From positions 47,430,001 through 47,494,000 of the forward strand of contig OZ024741.1 of the NCBI GenBank assembly GCA_964016885.1: a stretch of DNA of 64,000 bases, written 5' to 3'. The notes beneath the pieces were generated by a model that saw nothing but the letters and a program-made list of their open reading frames with translations, was not told the DNA's origin and ran no database searches. This document shows, piece by piece, positions 12,545-25,299 of the stretch (its first letter is position 1; each line of letters opens with the position of its first letter). The position numbers and the translations under genes were made by a program. Source of the stretch: Eledone cirrhosa (taxonomy: Eukaryota).

Positions 12545-14200
12545 GCCAGGTAGCAGGAAGACCTCTTTGTTCAATAAGGAGTTCAAAAATGCCACCCAAG
12601 GAAAGGAGGCTCACAAAGCTTGGCTTGGAAATAAGTCGTCCTTCTTGCACTTGCGGTACAAGGAGGTGTGAAAAGTTACATCAGAGAGAGTAAAGCGTCC
12701 AAAGTTAGGTGATGAGAGAACATTGGTGTTAAGCTGGAATCTGACTTTAGATCTGCAATTAATTCTAGCAGACCACCCACCAACTTTGTAATAACATGCC
12801 TGCTATTAGGAATGCGTCTGGGGTTCTCCTCTCTTCAGGGAGGTGGAGAGAATACTTTGCTGATCTCCTAAATCCGATGACAACAACATCTAAGTTCACC
12901 AGGGAATGCTGACTAACTTCTCGAAGGCTGAGATCACCAGTAGTAAGGTCTCTGGGGAGGATGAAATTTGGCCCGAGATATTGGAAGCCTTAAATAGAGA
13001 AAGTATTCTCTGACTGACTCTTGTGTGCTGGGTGGCCAGGATTTCCAGAACGGTACCTAAGCAATGGCAATCAGGAGTGATATCCCAATTTTCTAAAAGG
13101 GAGAGAAGAGAGAATGCTCCAATTATAGAGGAATCTCCTTTTTAAGCCTCCCCAGTAAAGTCTACACTAAGTGTCTGGTAAAGAGCTGTAGGGAGATTGT
13201 CAAGTCCAAGCTAGCTGATGAACAGTGCTGTTTTCGCCCCAGATGAACACAGCCAACCAAATATTCACACTGCAGCAGATCTTTGAGAAATCATGGGAGT
13301 ATTGTCAAGAGGTTTATGCTTATTTCATTGACCTCGAAAAGGCATATGACTGCATTCTACGGACCTGTTGTGTAAGGTTCTGCAGGAGCATGGGATCAAT
13401 GGACAGTTGTTGCCCTGATGTCTCTATATGTTCAAATAAATGGTGCTAAATCGAAACCATTCAATGTGGGTGTTGGACTCCGTCAATGGTGTGTACTGTC
13501 AGCTCTCTTGTTCATAATCTTCATCAACAGGATTGACATGAGCAGCCGGGTTGGAAGTGGTATCAAAACAGGCAGGTGTAGGATCAGTCAGCTGGAATTA
13601 GCAGACATAGTATTACTTAACTCATCAGAAGGTGATCTCCGATATCTCAGGACCATGTTCACAAGTGATGGAAAGCATGAGGCTGAATTAAGTACAAGAA
13701 TTGCAAGAGCTGGTGCAGTAATGTACCAGCTTCAGCATTCAGTCACCAGAAGAAAGGAGGTAAGTGTAAAAGCCAAACTTGATATCTTCAAATCAGTAAC
13801 CGTACCAACCCTTACATATATTGATGAATCTGGGGTAATGACCAAAAGAATATGATTGTGAATACAAGCGGTAGAGTGCGTAGCTCGGAAATCAGGGAGT
13901 TGCTCCAGGTAGAGCTGCTGCTTCTCCAAATCGAGAGGTCACAACGCTGATATTACAGACATGTTATTAGAATGTCTTGGGATAGAATCATTGGACTCAT
14001 TTTACATGCAAAACCAACGCCAGGTATCCATTGGTAGACCCCAAGCATGATGGCTGAATTACATCCATAAGCTCAGCTTGTCTTGGGATCCAGCTGGATC
14101 AATTGGAAATGGTTGCTTCTGACAGGACCTGCTGGAAAGCATGCTTGAAGACTCCCCCCCCCCCCCCCAACGATCCTCCCATGAATAAGCAGGCAAAGAA
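12545..14200 (+). mobile_element. Old RTE-clade LINE (no PHD), heavily decayed
   Basis: RWREYFADLLNP, ECSNYRGIS, QIFTLQQIFEKSWEY...FIDLEKAYD and GVGLRQWCVLS occur in successive broken frames. Confidence 0.88.
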
Positions 14201-14530
14201 GAAATGTATATATCCATGTATGTATGTGTGTATATATATATACAGTTTTCCAAGGCAACTTGAATGGACCAGTTTTTCTTCTAAGAAATCTTTTTCGTTT
14301 CTGTCACTGCCCATTCTCCTCTATCTTTCTATTTTCTGATGGAGGACTACTGTCCGAAACGTTAACTCTTTTCCTACTATATCAAGCGTAAAACAAATAT
14401 ATTTCTTCATGGTGCTGTTTCATTTGTTTTTTTATTTCTGTTTGCTTTTTGCATACATATGTATGTGTGCATATATATATTGTATATGTGCATGTATGTA
14501 TATATATATATGTGTGTGTGTATATGTATG

Positions 14531-14845
14531 TACTCTCTGGTCTCGAATAAGCGCTCCTCCTGCATTTTTTAAATTTTGTTAATCTATCTCCGGTGAAATT
14601 TTATTTTAAGTGATAGCATTCCTGCAACAATTAATTTTCTTCAGGCATTAAAAAAACATTATACATGACAAAAATAATACATTACTAGAAATCCCATATG
14701 TTATAAAATAAATAAGATGAGTTGGGGTCTCAATATGTAAACTAAACGATTAATTCTGGTTTTTAAAAAAAATCAAGAGAAAAATTACTGATTTTTCAAC
14801 CCCACCGCTTATTCACCACCTCCTATTATTTGGGACCCTAGAGTA
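14531..14845. mobile_element. TA-flanked MITE (Tc1/mariner-like); inverted relative at 26228-26596
   Basis: tactctctggtctcgaataa ... ttatttgggaccctagagta TIRs; the internal sequence matches 26300-26500 in reverse complement. Confidence 0.7.
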
Positions 14846-15262
14846 TAAGTTTGTGTACTTGTAACTAGGAGTACATCTATCTATGTATCCATATAATGTA
14901 CCTATTATGTGTGTATGTGTATAAATGTTGCATGGGTGTCATAAGTTACCTCCCCTTTCTATGGTTTTTTTTTTCCATCTTTTCTTTCTTTCTTTCTTTC
15001 TTTCTTTACGAATTTTGAAATATTTCATGCTTCTGGGGCCAATGAAGTACCAGTCAAATACTAAGGTCGATATAATCGACTGTTTCCCTCCTTCCACCAC
15101 TACAAATTGTTAACCTTGTACCTAAATTGAAAACGATTATTAAATTGCTTTTAATTTAAAACTAATATAATGAAACATTTTCCTTTTAATAATGTAGTTT
15201 CACTTTGTAACAACGAAATAAATATAGCACAGCTGTAGTTGTTTAGGCACGTGGATTTGGAC

Positions 15263-15330
<68 letters not shown>

Positions 15331-15334
<4 letters not shown>

Positions 15335-15643
15335 ATTAAATAAATGGAAACTATATTTATAAAACCATATTTATTTCATTATATATATTTCAGGGATATC
15401 ATATTAACAATATGCTATGCCTTCCTCAGACAAAATACAATATATTTCAAAATACAATATAATTCAACTTTTTCAAATACAAGTCGATGTTGTTACGGTA
15501 TGTCAAATCTATTTATCTATAAAACTGTTTATATTGTATTTTGTCTGAGGAAGGCATAGCATATTGTTAATATGATATCCCTGAAATATATATAATGAAA
15601 TAAATATGGTTTTATAAATATAGTTTCCATTTATTTAATATTG
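15331..15643. mobile_element. Penelope-like terminal remnant as an apparently perfect ~112 bp inverted repeat (relative at 57200-57340)
   Basis: Arms 15331-15442 and 15530-15643 contain CTGAGGA-hairpin-GAAATATA. Confidence 0.65.
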
Positions 15644-15729
15644 TAAATATACTCCAAATACTTGTCGAGTGCTTTTATATCAGTTATAAATATTTACTAG
15701 TTGTAACCCAACAATTTAAATATAACTTT

Positions 15730-15776
<47 letters not shown>

Positions 15777-15840
15777 AATGAAGTAATTCCGTCGAAAGGT
15801 CCAGGAAAAAAGAGTGCTCTATGTAGGTTACAGGGCTTAT

Positions 15841-16371
15841 TAGTTATGTAATAAACAACATAAGATAATTATTTCATTTACCAGTGGTTTCTTGAAAGCA
15901 ACCAAAATTGCTTTCATTCATCAGAATGAAAAAATCCTGGTGTCTTTATTGACAGTGGATTTGAAAAACAAAAATATAACAGAGGTATATTTTTGATTGA
16001 ATAATCCAAATCATAAAGGTCCATGGTGTATGTTGGTTAAATTCCTGAAAACTGTAGAGTGCTCAACTTATCGGGCTGGAAGGTGCCAATCATATATGTA
16101 ATATAGAATATGCTTCAATCAATCCCGGTTGGAGCTGTCGATAAGTTGAGCACTCTACAGTTTTCAGGAATTTAACCAACATACACCATGGACCTTTATG
16201 ATTTGGATTATGCAATCAAAAATATACCTCTGTTATATTTTTGTTTTTCAAATCCACTGTCAATAAAGACACCAAGGTTTTTTTCATTCTGATTAATGAA
16301 AGCAATTTTGGTTGCTTTCAAGAAACCACTGGTAAATGAAATAATTATCTATGTTGTTTATTACATAACTA
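15841..16371. mobile_element. Penelope-like terminal remnant as ~232 bp inverted repeat
   Basis: Arms 15841-16073 and 16139-16371 are nearly identical and each carries a hammerhead-like motif. Confidence 0.7.
15872..15931 (-). ncRNA. Type I hammerhead ribozyme-like motif
   Basis: Minus strand: UUUCAUU-CUGAUGA-A-UGAAAGCAA(UUUUGG)UUGCUUUCA-A-GAAA-CCACUGG-UA-AAUGAAA. 7-bp stem I, 9-bp stem II, quasi-palindromic stem III, GUA triplet. Confidence 0.65.
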
Positions 16372-16468
16372 TATATATAATAATATATATAATAATTATC
16401 TTATGTTGTTTATTACATAACTATATATATATATATATAATATATATATATATATATACATACATATA

Positions 16469-17090
16469 GAAAAATGGAACGGGAACAAAACAGAGGCAGT
16501 ACGAACAAAGGTTTATTAGTTTCACGCTCTTGAGAGTGGGGAACGACGTTTTGGGCATAAGCCCTTCTTCAGGCGAAAAGTGTGTGGGAAGAGAGTTCCA
16601 AGGGTGTGTAGGGGAGTGGAGGAGAGACATTTAGAAAAAAGGGGGTGAGAGGAAAAGGTACAAATGAAAATAAATATAAAAACATAATAAAAATAAACAT
16701 GAAGATAAACAAGTGGGAGTGGGGAGGCGGGGTGTTCGAGTGGGGAGGGCTGAAGGTGGTGTGTGTAGGTGTACGTGAGTGTGAGAGTTGGGGGAAGAAC
16801 GCGGTTCCATGTTCCGGAAAAGGTGTGTGTGGGGTGGGGTGTAGGTCGGTGTGTGTGTGTGGATGGGGAGGGGTCAGAGGAGAGGGGAAGATTCCGGAGG
16901 CTGAGTGTGTAAATATGTGGTGGTACGCACGTGTGTGTGGTGTTTATACGTATTGTGGATGTAGGTGGCGTGTGGGAAAAAAAATGTTTGTGAGTGTATG
17001 ACCGTGGGTAAGTTCCTCAGGTAGTTCCGTAGAGGGTGTGGTGGGGTGCCGGATATTTTCCTTGTGATGGAGTTGATTCGTGGGAGCGAT
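16469..17090 (-). mobile_element. Penelope-like element remnant (tail also at 19331-19400)
   Basis: Minus strand CTGAAGA-agggc(ttat)gccc-aAAACGTC at 16545-16572, followed by ctaataaa. The 70-bp tail is duplicated at 19331. Confidence 0.55.
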
Positions 17091-17129
17091 ATATATATAT
17101 ATGTGTGTGTGTGGCGTGTAACTAATATA

Positions 17130-17212
17130 TACAGGGTATTCCCAAAAAATGTAAACACACTTTGATTAGAATACTGTTGAAGTGTGTATGCATTTTTTGT
17201 GGACATCCTGTA
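17130..17212. mobile_element. Tc1/mariner-type MITE
   Basis: TA-cagggtattcccaaaaa ... tttttgtggacatcctg-TA. Confidence 0.7.
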
Positions 17213-17214
17213 TG

Positions 17215-17249
<35 letters not shown>

Positions 17250-17539
17250 ATATATATATATGTGTGTGTAACTACAGTCATAGCGGTGCACCGTTCAAAG
17301 CACTCGATGCTGTTACGAGGTCTGTCTCGTGTTGGGTTGTATTTCAGAACTTATATTTTGTTTTAGATTACTAGCCACTTTAAAATAAAGTAAATGAACT
17401 AGTTTTATTGACAAAGATATGCATTTTTAAAATAGCAGAATACCAAGCAAATCATACACAGATTTGTTTACATTGTGGAACTGTCATGTTATACAGATAA
17501 TATCAACTTACACACTTCATCTAGTATTATGAATAACAA

Positions 17540-18060
17540 TAAAATTTGATTAAAGACGCCCCGAGCAACTGCAACTAAATTGACAGACGAAACTGATCAA
17601 CAATTTGATCCTTCTAAAATACAATTGATTCATTTCCACAATTCAGAACCTTTCCATTATCAATGTGATGAAATATACAGGGTGTTCCCCAAAACTGTAT
17701 GCACAAAGGCCGTGCATTCTTATAAATATTGCCTGTACAGGTAATCAAAGTGTGTATATATTTTTGAGGGACACCTTGTATTTAACGAATCAGCTATTAA
17801 CGACGCAAAAATCCACAAAAATCCTTGGTATTTCGTTACAATCTCATTGAAAATGGGAAACTCATTTCAAGTACTCATTGGAAAAAAATATCTCAACACA
17901 GAATGCTATTAATGTTATTTGAACGAAATACCGCAGCCTAGCATATAAACACTTGAGTTTATATAATAAGAGAGTTATCAACATTCAATTTTTGTATGGC
18001 AGCTTGGTATGGGGTCATACAAACACTAGCTATCTTCAAACTATTGAAAAAGTTCCTAGT
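17540..18060 (+). mobile_element. Decayed Jockey/I-like RT fragment interrupted by a MITE
   Basis: DPSKIQLIHF, KILGISLQSH*KWETH and LYGSLVWGHTNTSYLQTIEKV appear in broken frames. Confidence 0.5.
17676..17780. mobile_element. Tc1/mariner-type MITE (same family as 17130-17212)
   Basis: TA-cagggtgttccccaaaa ... ttttgagggacaccttg-TA. Confidence 0.7.
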
Positions 18061-19189
18061 CTGCCATGGTTTAACCAGCTCTATGCAGATGTTTAAATTG
18101 GTAAAATAAATGAATGCGTAAATATACCGTTATGGATGAAGCAGTGAAACAGTAGAATCCTAGGGAAAATAATAAACCATAGATAATATAAAGGTCAAAT
18201 TTGAACCAGCGAGGGAGGAGACCTTTATGTGGTCGTTCGATTTGCTAAACCAGTAGCTATATTCTCCATTTCCCAAACCATTTTCTACCGTCTTAAAAAA
18301 AACAAACAATATAAATAAATGTGTCTATGTAGTCTCAGATATAGCAAGTGACTGGATGGTCATGGCTGTAACGCTTTTCATCATAGGCCTGCTCTATCGT
18401 GGTTAATTTGGGAGTGTAAACAACATCACCCTTGCCATATTTAATTGTATTGCCCAATAGAATTGAGTCATATATATGTTTTTTCCACATGCTTAGAATA
18501 TAAATAAGCAGCTAAAATACCATACGGTTATTTTACAAAACAATTTGTCGTACCTTCATTAATAAAATATTAATATTCGGATAATACAGTACGAATTTCA
18601 TTGATACAGCCATAGATAACGAAATTATTTCTTTACGGCTATATACATATGTGTGTATGTATGTATGTATATGTATATAGGTATATATGTGTATGTATGT
18701 ATGTATATATGTGTGTGGGTGTGTATATATATAGAGAGGGGGGGGGACACGTCTGCGTGAATGTTTTTGGTACTGAAAATTTCAGTGAGTACTGCTTAAA
18801 ATTTGTTTTCGAGATTATTTGTTTCTCACGTAGTATATACATTTTTGTTAATCGTTCATGTCTTTCATAGTATGATCACAACATCACCCCTAAGTGTGTG
18901 TTTGTATTTATACACCCAAACATAAGACATACATATATATATATACACAGATTACAATTGCACATGCATCGTACGCAAACTGGTGGGTGGGTCCTGTCTA
19001 TTTGTTTTTATGCGTAATTCTGACGCGCGCGCTCGTGTGTGTATATATATATATATATATATAAAGAATTAGTATATCTACCAACATTTATACAGAAGTA
19101 TACTTACGCTAGCAAGATATAGATTTTGTCTTAGTAACTTTGTGGTTCAATACAAAAATGTAGAACAATTATATGAAAGACGTAAAATA

Positions 19190-19280
19190 AGAAAATTATA
19201 ATAATTAACTTACTTAAGTTTCACGCCAAGTGAATGTTGGAGTGAAACTTAAGTAAGTAAGTTAATTATTATAATTTTCT
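19190..19280. repeat. ~40 bp-arm hairpin (inverted repeat)
   Basis: agaaaattataataattaacttacttaagtttcacgccaa / ttggagtgaaacttaagtaagtaagttaattattataattttct. Confidence 0.85.
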
Positions 19281-19291
19281 TATTTTACGTC

Positions 19292-19332
<41 letters not shown>

Positions 19333-19919
19333 AAAATGGAACGGGAACAAAACAGAGGCAGTACGAACAAAGGTTTATTAGTTTCACGCTCTTGAGAGTG
19401 GGGGGCGATATATATGGTGAATTTATGGAACACCCACTCCGTTTTCCGAAGAAAAAAAAGTCGATTGCGAGCATTTTGCAGGTTAGGTTAGTTGATAGCA
19501 CACGAAAAATAAAAACAAGGGAAAAAAATATTTTTTTCCTGCTGAAATCGAAGGGGGTGGTCGTTTTTAATAACACACACACACCGAAATAAATAAGTCA
19601 ATAGTTTGTTATAATACCACTAAAAGTTGAATTCACAGTAAAACAAATCTCAGTCAAAATGATACTGAAAAAGTATGAAAATTGGGCTATTTCAACTGCT
19701 GGGTGGGCGATGAGAAACTGAACATAAAATCATGGGAGATTGGACATTTTAGTGGACGATATGGGATTTTGAGTATTAAGAAAGTATTTCAACATATGCT
19801 ACCCCCAAAAAATATATTCAAAGAAGATATGCAAAGAACTTGTATTTAAAAAAAATAGTAGGTTAAATGGAAATAACGAACCAATAACAAACATTTTTGG
19901 TATGCTTTTGAATATACAA

Positions 19920-19983
19920 GTGGGAGTGGAAAATGTTTCTATGTGAAAGTGGGCAATGGTGCAAAAAAGGTTGGGAACCCCTG
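19920..19983 (-). mobile_element. hAT-like MITE terminus
   Basis: Reverse complement begins CAGGGGTTCCCAACCTTTT; the partner end was not identified. Confidence 0.45.
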
Positions 19984-20224
19984 TTCTAGTCCATTTAGAT
20001 GACAAATATTTGTTGAACCTGTAATTCAGATGGACAGCCTTGTGTCTGACAAATTATGTTGAAGGTACATGTGTCTATGGAATGCTCAGTCACTTGTTAA
20101 TTTCACAAGCAGACCAGTTGGAACAACTAGAACACTGGTCATTGGAATAGATGGAAATCCAACACATTACACAATACCACTGCAATAAGAGTTGAGATGA
20201 ATTTTTAAATTGACTATTATTACT

Positions 20225-20440
20225 ATTATCAAAAATTTTATTAGTTCATAGGTTTATGGTCAAGCCTGTAGCAGTAGAGACTCTTAGCATTCTTGGCACC
20301 TGAACCACATCCCTGTTCACCACTATTGGAGCAGAGTTGGGTGCCAGCATGTGCTAGCCCTATGAAGTGGAGTGGCTGTTCTAGTACATCTCACTTGCTG
20401 TCCCCCAGAGCAATGTCTTCGCCATCTTGTCGGCTCCAAC
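20225..20440 (+). mobile_element. Third CRE-like RLE C-terminal fragment
   Basis: LVHRFMVKPVAVETLSILGT*...PYEVEWLF*YISLAVPQSNVFAILS aligns by eye to 3960-4160. Confidence 0.65.
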
Positions 20441-20654
20441 CATAATGGGGATAACATATTAGGGTAGGAGTATGGTGGAAGTCTTCAGATAAATGGGTTA
20501 ATCGTGCTGACATACATTTGTTTAAGTTAGCTTTTTGAATTAGGAAACAGTATAGTTCAAATAAGTTCAAATCTATTACACTGTTGGTAAAGAAATAAGA
20601 ACAAAAATTTGTACATATGAATAGATGTACCAAGTTGTATTTGAGAATGTCTAA

Positions 20655-20938
20655 AGTCTGTCTTGAGCTTGGAAACTCATCAAGCCGGTGCTTATCCTGG
20701 TTGCCATGGCGTTAAGTGACAGAGTACAAGACTCCTTTCTCTGGACACGATGCCAATTCATCACAGAATTAAACCCCCAACTATTGCCGGTACTCATTTG
20801 TAGCTGAGTATACTGGAGCAACTTCACATTGGAAGTAGTTTTGCTCAAGAAAACAACACACAACCCAGTTCAGGAATCAAACCCACAACATTTTTTATTT
20901 CAAGTCCAACACCTTTACCACTATGCCAAGTGCCTCCA
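20655..20938 (-). mobile_element. tRNA-headed SINE (family A head, older tail variant)
   Basis: Reverse complement has tggaggcacttggcatagtggtaaagg, a B-box-like motif and cttgagcaaaac core. Confidence 0.75.
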
Positions 20939-22079
20939 CAGTTGAGAACATGTTGTTGGCATATTATGTTATTTTCATGACTATTTTTAATGAAATACTT
21001 TATTTCAATTAATTAATTGTTTCTACTTTAGGCACAAGGCCAGCAATTTATTTCAATTAATTAATGATGTTTTGAGGGATTTACTAAAATTATTAATTAT
21101 TTCATTACTAAGATATTAACTTAGCATAAGTTTCTTATATAAAATTATATTGGATGATATTAATTTAAACAGGAGCCCTTTTTAAATGTGTGATTTTGTT
21201 CATGGAACCAGAACCAGTTTTGGTTGGGTTGGTGTCAAAAGACTTAACAAAAAGTATTCAGAAAAGTTTTAAAAAATGGTCAACTTTTTCTGACATTTTT
21301 TCTAAATGTTACTTATAAGAAAATTCTGAATCGAAAAATGTGTTTAGTGAAATATATTTGAATTCTTTCAGCCAGGTCTATGTTAAAAATTTGTCATCCT
21401 TTCAAGGGCACTTAATTCCTGGACATGCTGGACTGCAAACCATGGCCCAGACTTCATGAAGACCATCATCACTGGTGGATGAGACACTGGTTACGAGCCA
21501 TGGAAACAAAAATCCGACAAGCACACACTACACATCTGTACTCTAGGCATAACAACCAAGAACTGACATGGCCTAATGGCTCAAAATACTTTTCATCATA
21601 TATTTGCTTGTCCAGAGGTGACCCAGGGCTAAACGACAATAACAGCAACTATCATACACAAATGAAACAACTAATTAGAAAAGTAGAATTCTAAGTGATC
21701 ATTGTGTAATGGTCATTTAGATGTGTGTAACATGTAGACAAGAAGTTGATATTTAGTCCCAAGTCTGCTCTGATTGAGCTGACCTATGGTCAAAGGTGAC
21801 ATTCAAAATGTAATTATGTAAGCTTAGTCAATGTAGTATGTCTTATCATCATCAGAGCATACTTATTTCTCAGATTGCCATGGCTCATTCTCTCCAGTCT
21901 GTTTGGTCTGCCATTGCTTGTGGCAGATCTTCTCAGGTGCACTCAGAATCCTTGCACAGTTGTTTTATGCAAGTTCAATGTGGTTTAACAACATGCTTCA
22001 GTTCCAAAAGAATATCTCTGATAATTTCATTCTTTGCTCTCCAGCAATGTCCACCAATCTTCTTTCTCTGATGATGTGT

Positions 22080-22270
22080 GATCATCATCTTCATTTAACA
22101 TCCATTTTCCATGCTTGCATGGATTAGATGGGTTGTCCTATTTGAGGCCAGTCAGGTCAGATGACCACGTCATGCTCATACAATATTGTTTGTGGCTTGG
22201 TTTCTATGGCTGGATGCCCTTCCTAACACCAACCACATTTACAGTGTAGGCTGGGTGCTTTTTGTTGTGG
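22080..22270 (-). mobile_element. Free-standing RTE 3'-UTR-like module
   Basis: catcatcttcatttaacatcc tail and ggatgcccttcctaacacc motif shared with the RTE-A/B 3' UTRs. Confidence 0.7.
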
Positions 22271-22480
22271 TAAATTACAATGGAGAAATACATTCGTAAA
22301 GTGTTATCTCCAGATGATGTCCTGAGCAGCTCAAAGCATTCTTGTATAAGTTCTGTCAATTTTCTTTTTAAGACTCTTTGTTAGAGTCCATGTTATACAT
22401 CCATATAACAGAACTGACTACGCAACCACTTGAAAGAAATTAAGTTTCAAATTTAATGGAAGTTTAGATTTCCAGACCAT
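22271..22480 (-). mobile_element. Decayed RTE RT C-terminal fragment
   Basis: WKSKLPLNLKLNFF...SVLLYGCITWTLTKSLKKKIDRTYTRML. Confidence 0.7.
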
Positions 22481-22502
22481 TGATAATTAAAAAAAAAATT
22501 AG

Positions 22503-22748
22503 TGTGTCTACCACTCCACTATCCATCTCTACCACTACGCTATGTCTCCCACTCCACTATCCATCTCTACCACTACGCTATGTCTACCACTCCACTATCC
22601 ATCTCTACCACTACGCTATGTCTTCCACTACACTATCCATCTCTACTACCCCAATACACTATGTCTACCACTACACTATCCATCTCTACCACTACGCTAT
22701 GTCTACCACTCCACTATCCATCTCTACCACTACACTATGTCTACCACT
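22503..22748. repeat. 38-bp minisatellite, about 6.5 copies
   Basis: Unit tatgtctaccactccactatccatctctaccactacgc. Confidence 0.95.
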
Positions 22749-23086
22749 GGATTTCAACCAGTTGAAAAGATCATCCTTCACACCCATTGCAGAGAGTTTC
22801 GCCATAAGTCTTTTGTGTGGCACAGAATTAAAAGCCTTAGCGAAGTCAAGGTAAACGACCATGAGCCGCTGTCAGTGATCTGGGAACTCGATAAGCAGAT
22901 CACAGCAGCTGGAGTTAGGGATAAATCCAAATTGCGAGGGTCGGATGAGGCTGTGAGAGCTCCAGAAGTTCCAAAGTGTTTCTCTGACACAGGATTCCAT
23001 CAGTTTGGCAATACAGCTAATAAGACTGACTCGACGATAGTTGACGGGTGACATGCGGTCGCCCTTTTTGAACAGAGGAATGACAC
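22749..23086 (-). mobile_element. CR1-clade RT fragment
   Basis: PVNYRRVSLISCIAKLME...QFGFIPNSSC; VYLDFAKAFNSVPHKRLMAKL. Confidence 0.85.
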
Positions 23087-23432
23087 TCTATATTTATTAT
23101 TGTCTTTTCACAGTAAAGGCTTTACCTCACATAATTATCTCACAATATTGATTTTGATATTATTTATTTTGAGAACAATACCTTAATGTCTGTATGAGCA
23201 GTCGGTTATGGCTGGTTTGAACAGAGAGGTGAGAGAATTCTGGCCAGATATGGCCAGTTTAAATGCTAAAGGGTTAATATAAGTATGAACATTTAAAAAT
23301 GAGCAGTTTTGTAACAGCAGTTTTAAGTGGGTTGATATCAGTTTTAAGTGGGTTAATATAAAACTATTATTTTTGTTCCATAGCTTATTATTATATAGAA
23401 AAATAAGTCATATCAAACATTAGATTAACACC

Positions 23433-23649
23433 TTAACCCTTTAGCATTTAAACTGTTTGTATCCGGCCAGAATTCCCTCACCTTTTTTCTATTCAAACTG
23501 GCTGTAACTGGCTGCTCATACTTTCATTAAGGTATTGTTTCCAAAATATATAATATCAAAATCTCATAGATTCGATATTATATGAGATAAAGTATTCATT
23601 ACGAAAATACAATCGTAAATATAGAGTAATGTAAATGTTAAAGGGTTAA
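23433..23649. mobile_element. TTAA-flanked MITE family 1 (piggyBac/Kolobok-like); an opposite-orientation partial copy lies at ~23085-23277
   Basis: TTAA-ccctttagcattta ... taaatgttaaaggg-TTAA. Confidence 0.8.
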
Positions 23650-23936
23650 TTAAAGAAAATTACTAGAAACACATTGTCAAGTTAGTATATTTCCCCAAAA
23701 TTCAAAACATCTTTAGTCTAATATTACAAGTGTTAGCAAAGATCTGTCCATTATCAAAGGCATTATATACATTTCAATTAACAAAATCCTTTTATAATAT
23801 TTTCTACCAAATTACAGGATGTTAAGAGTTAAACACTTTCCTTATTTTTTTTAATCTATTTTAAATTTTTTTAGGAGGAGAGTGAGGAAGGCAAGTAAGC
23901 TTTGTTATTGTTGTTGTCACTCCGATAGAATGTTAA

Positions 23937-24200
23937 AGTGGCTGAAGCATGGACAAACTACCTGCATCAGTTGTTAGCTGTCAGGACACTGCATCCTTCA
24001 AAACTTCCATGTTTCCCAAAATTCGCCAACACTACACCTGATATTCTGCCTCCATACACACACAGGCATGTATCTGTGTATATCATGACTCATACACTGT
24101 TCACTTTCCTGACTTTTTTACATTATTCTATGTACTATACATGCACCTTTGATGAGTTGTAGTGCACTTAGCACTGTTCACAATAATTTTCATTATTATT
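23937..24200 (+). mobile_element. CR1 3' end fragment
   Basis: Matches 43585-43840; caataatttt-cattattatt tail. Confidence 0.85.
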
Positions 24201-25299
24201 TAACATAAATTGATTTGAGATTTGAAACCTTTGGGGAGAATTGTAACTCAGGAAAGTTTTGTGGGATAATTTATATTCTATTTTGGATATGATTCTACTA
24301 TAAGAACACAGTTTCATTGGGACCACTGAGCTTTGTTCTTGGGTCCTTATAGGTTAGGGACAACAACAATAACCATTTTATGGTCATTTACTCTGTTAAA
24401 GCAAGGTTATTCTTATGGGTCCCATAACAAGCTTCTCCATTTTGCTCTATTGTCTATATCCCTCCTCACCAAATCCCTTGCTTTCATTTCCCCCTTTAGC
24501 CATATCTTTCTTTTCATCCCTTTCTGCTGTTTCCTTCATTTCCACCACTACTCTCACCCAATCACTTTCATACTTCCCAACATATAATTAAACCACCTCA
24601 TTCCATTTCTCTTCACAATCTCTATTCCCATCACTCCTCGCGGCTATCACATTGATCCTTCCCCAACACATGACCCAACCATCTCATTGACTTTCTTTTC
24701 CCAACATTCAGCACTGGCTGTAACATTTTCCACAACAGCTTTGTTCAGTGTGTGATCCCATCATATATACATACAAAACCATGTCTGTCACATTGTTCTC
24801 TGATTCATTACTGCATGTTAGTGTACAGTTTGGCACTGTGGTTCATGTCTAGTCATCCAGTTGACTATTTGTATGGTATAGGACTGCTCTATCAGGGGCT
24901 GACCTGGAAATTACACAATAACAACAGCCTTATACAAAATGCCAGACATGAATATTCTACCTCCACTATAGGTGCTTTAAGATCGTTTTCTATGCTAAAG
25001 CAGGGGTTAGTCTTATTAACCCTATGACAGACTTATACTCATCATGGGGTCCTTTTTGTGGCAGTATCTTATGACTGGATGACCTTCCTGGCACCAACCC
25101 CTTTATTTGTATTTTGTGACACACACAGATACTGTGTACCTTTTCTAAACTATGCACACACAGATATACATTAAAAAAATGAACCTTTGGATTGTTTTTG
25201 CTCTTGATTATTTCACATTGTCTACATTCAAGTGCATTGAATTTTCACAGCCCAACTTCCATAACAATACAATCTTCAACTCTGAAACAACTCCATTGT

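Noticed and set aside
22480-23051. Repetitive protein ORFs (LPLHYPS / STTPLSI)
   Set aside because: Translation of a 38-bp minisatellite plus antisense CR1.
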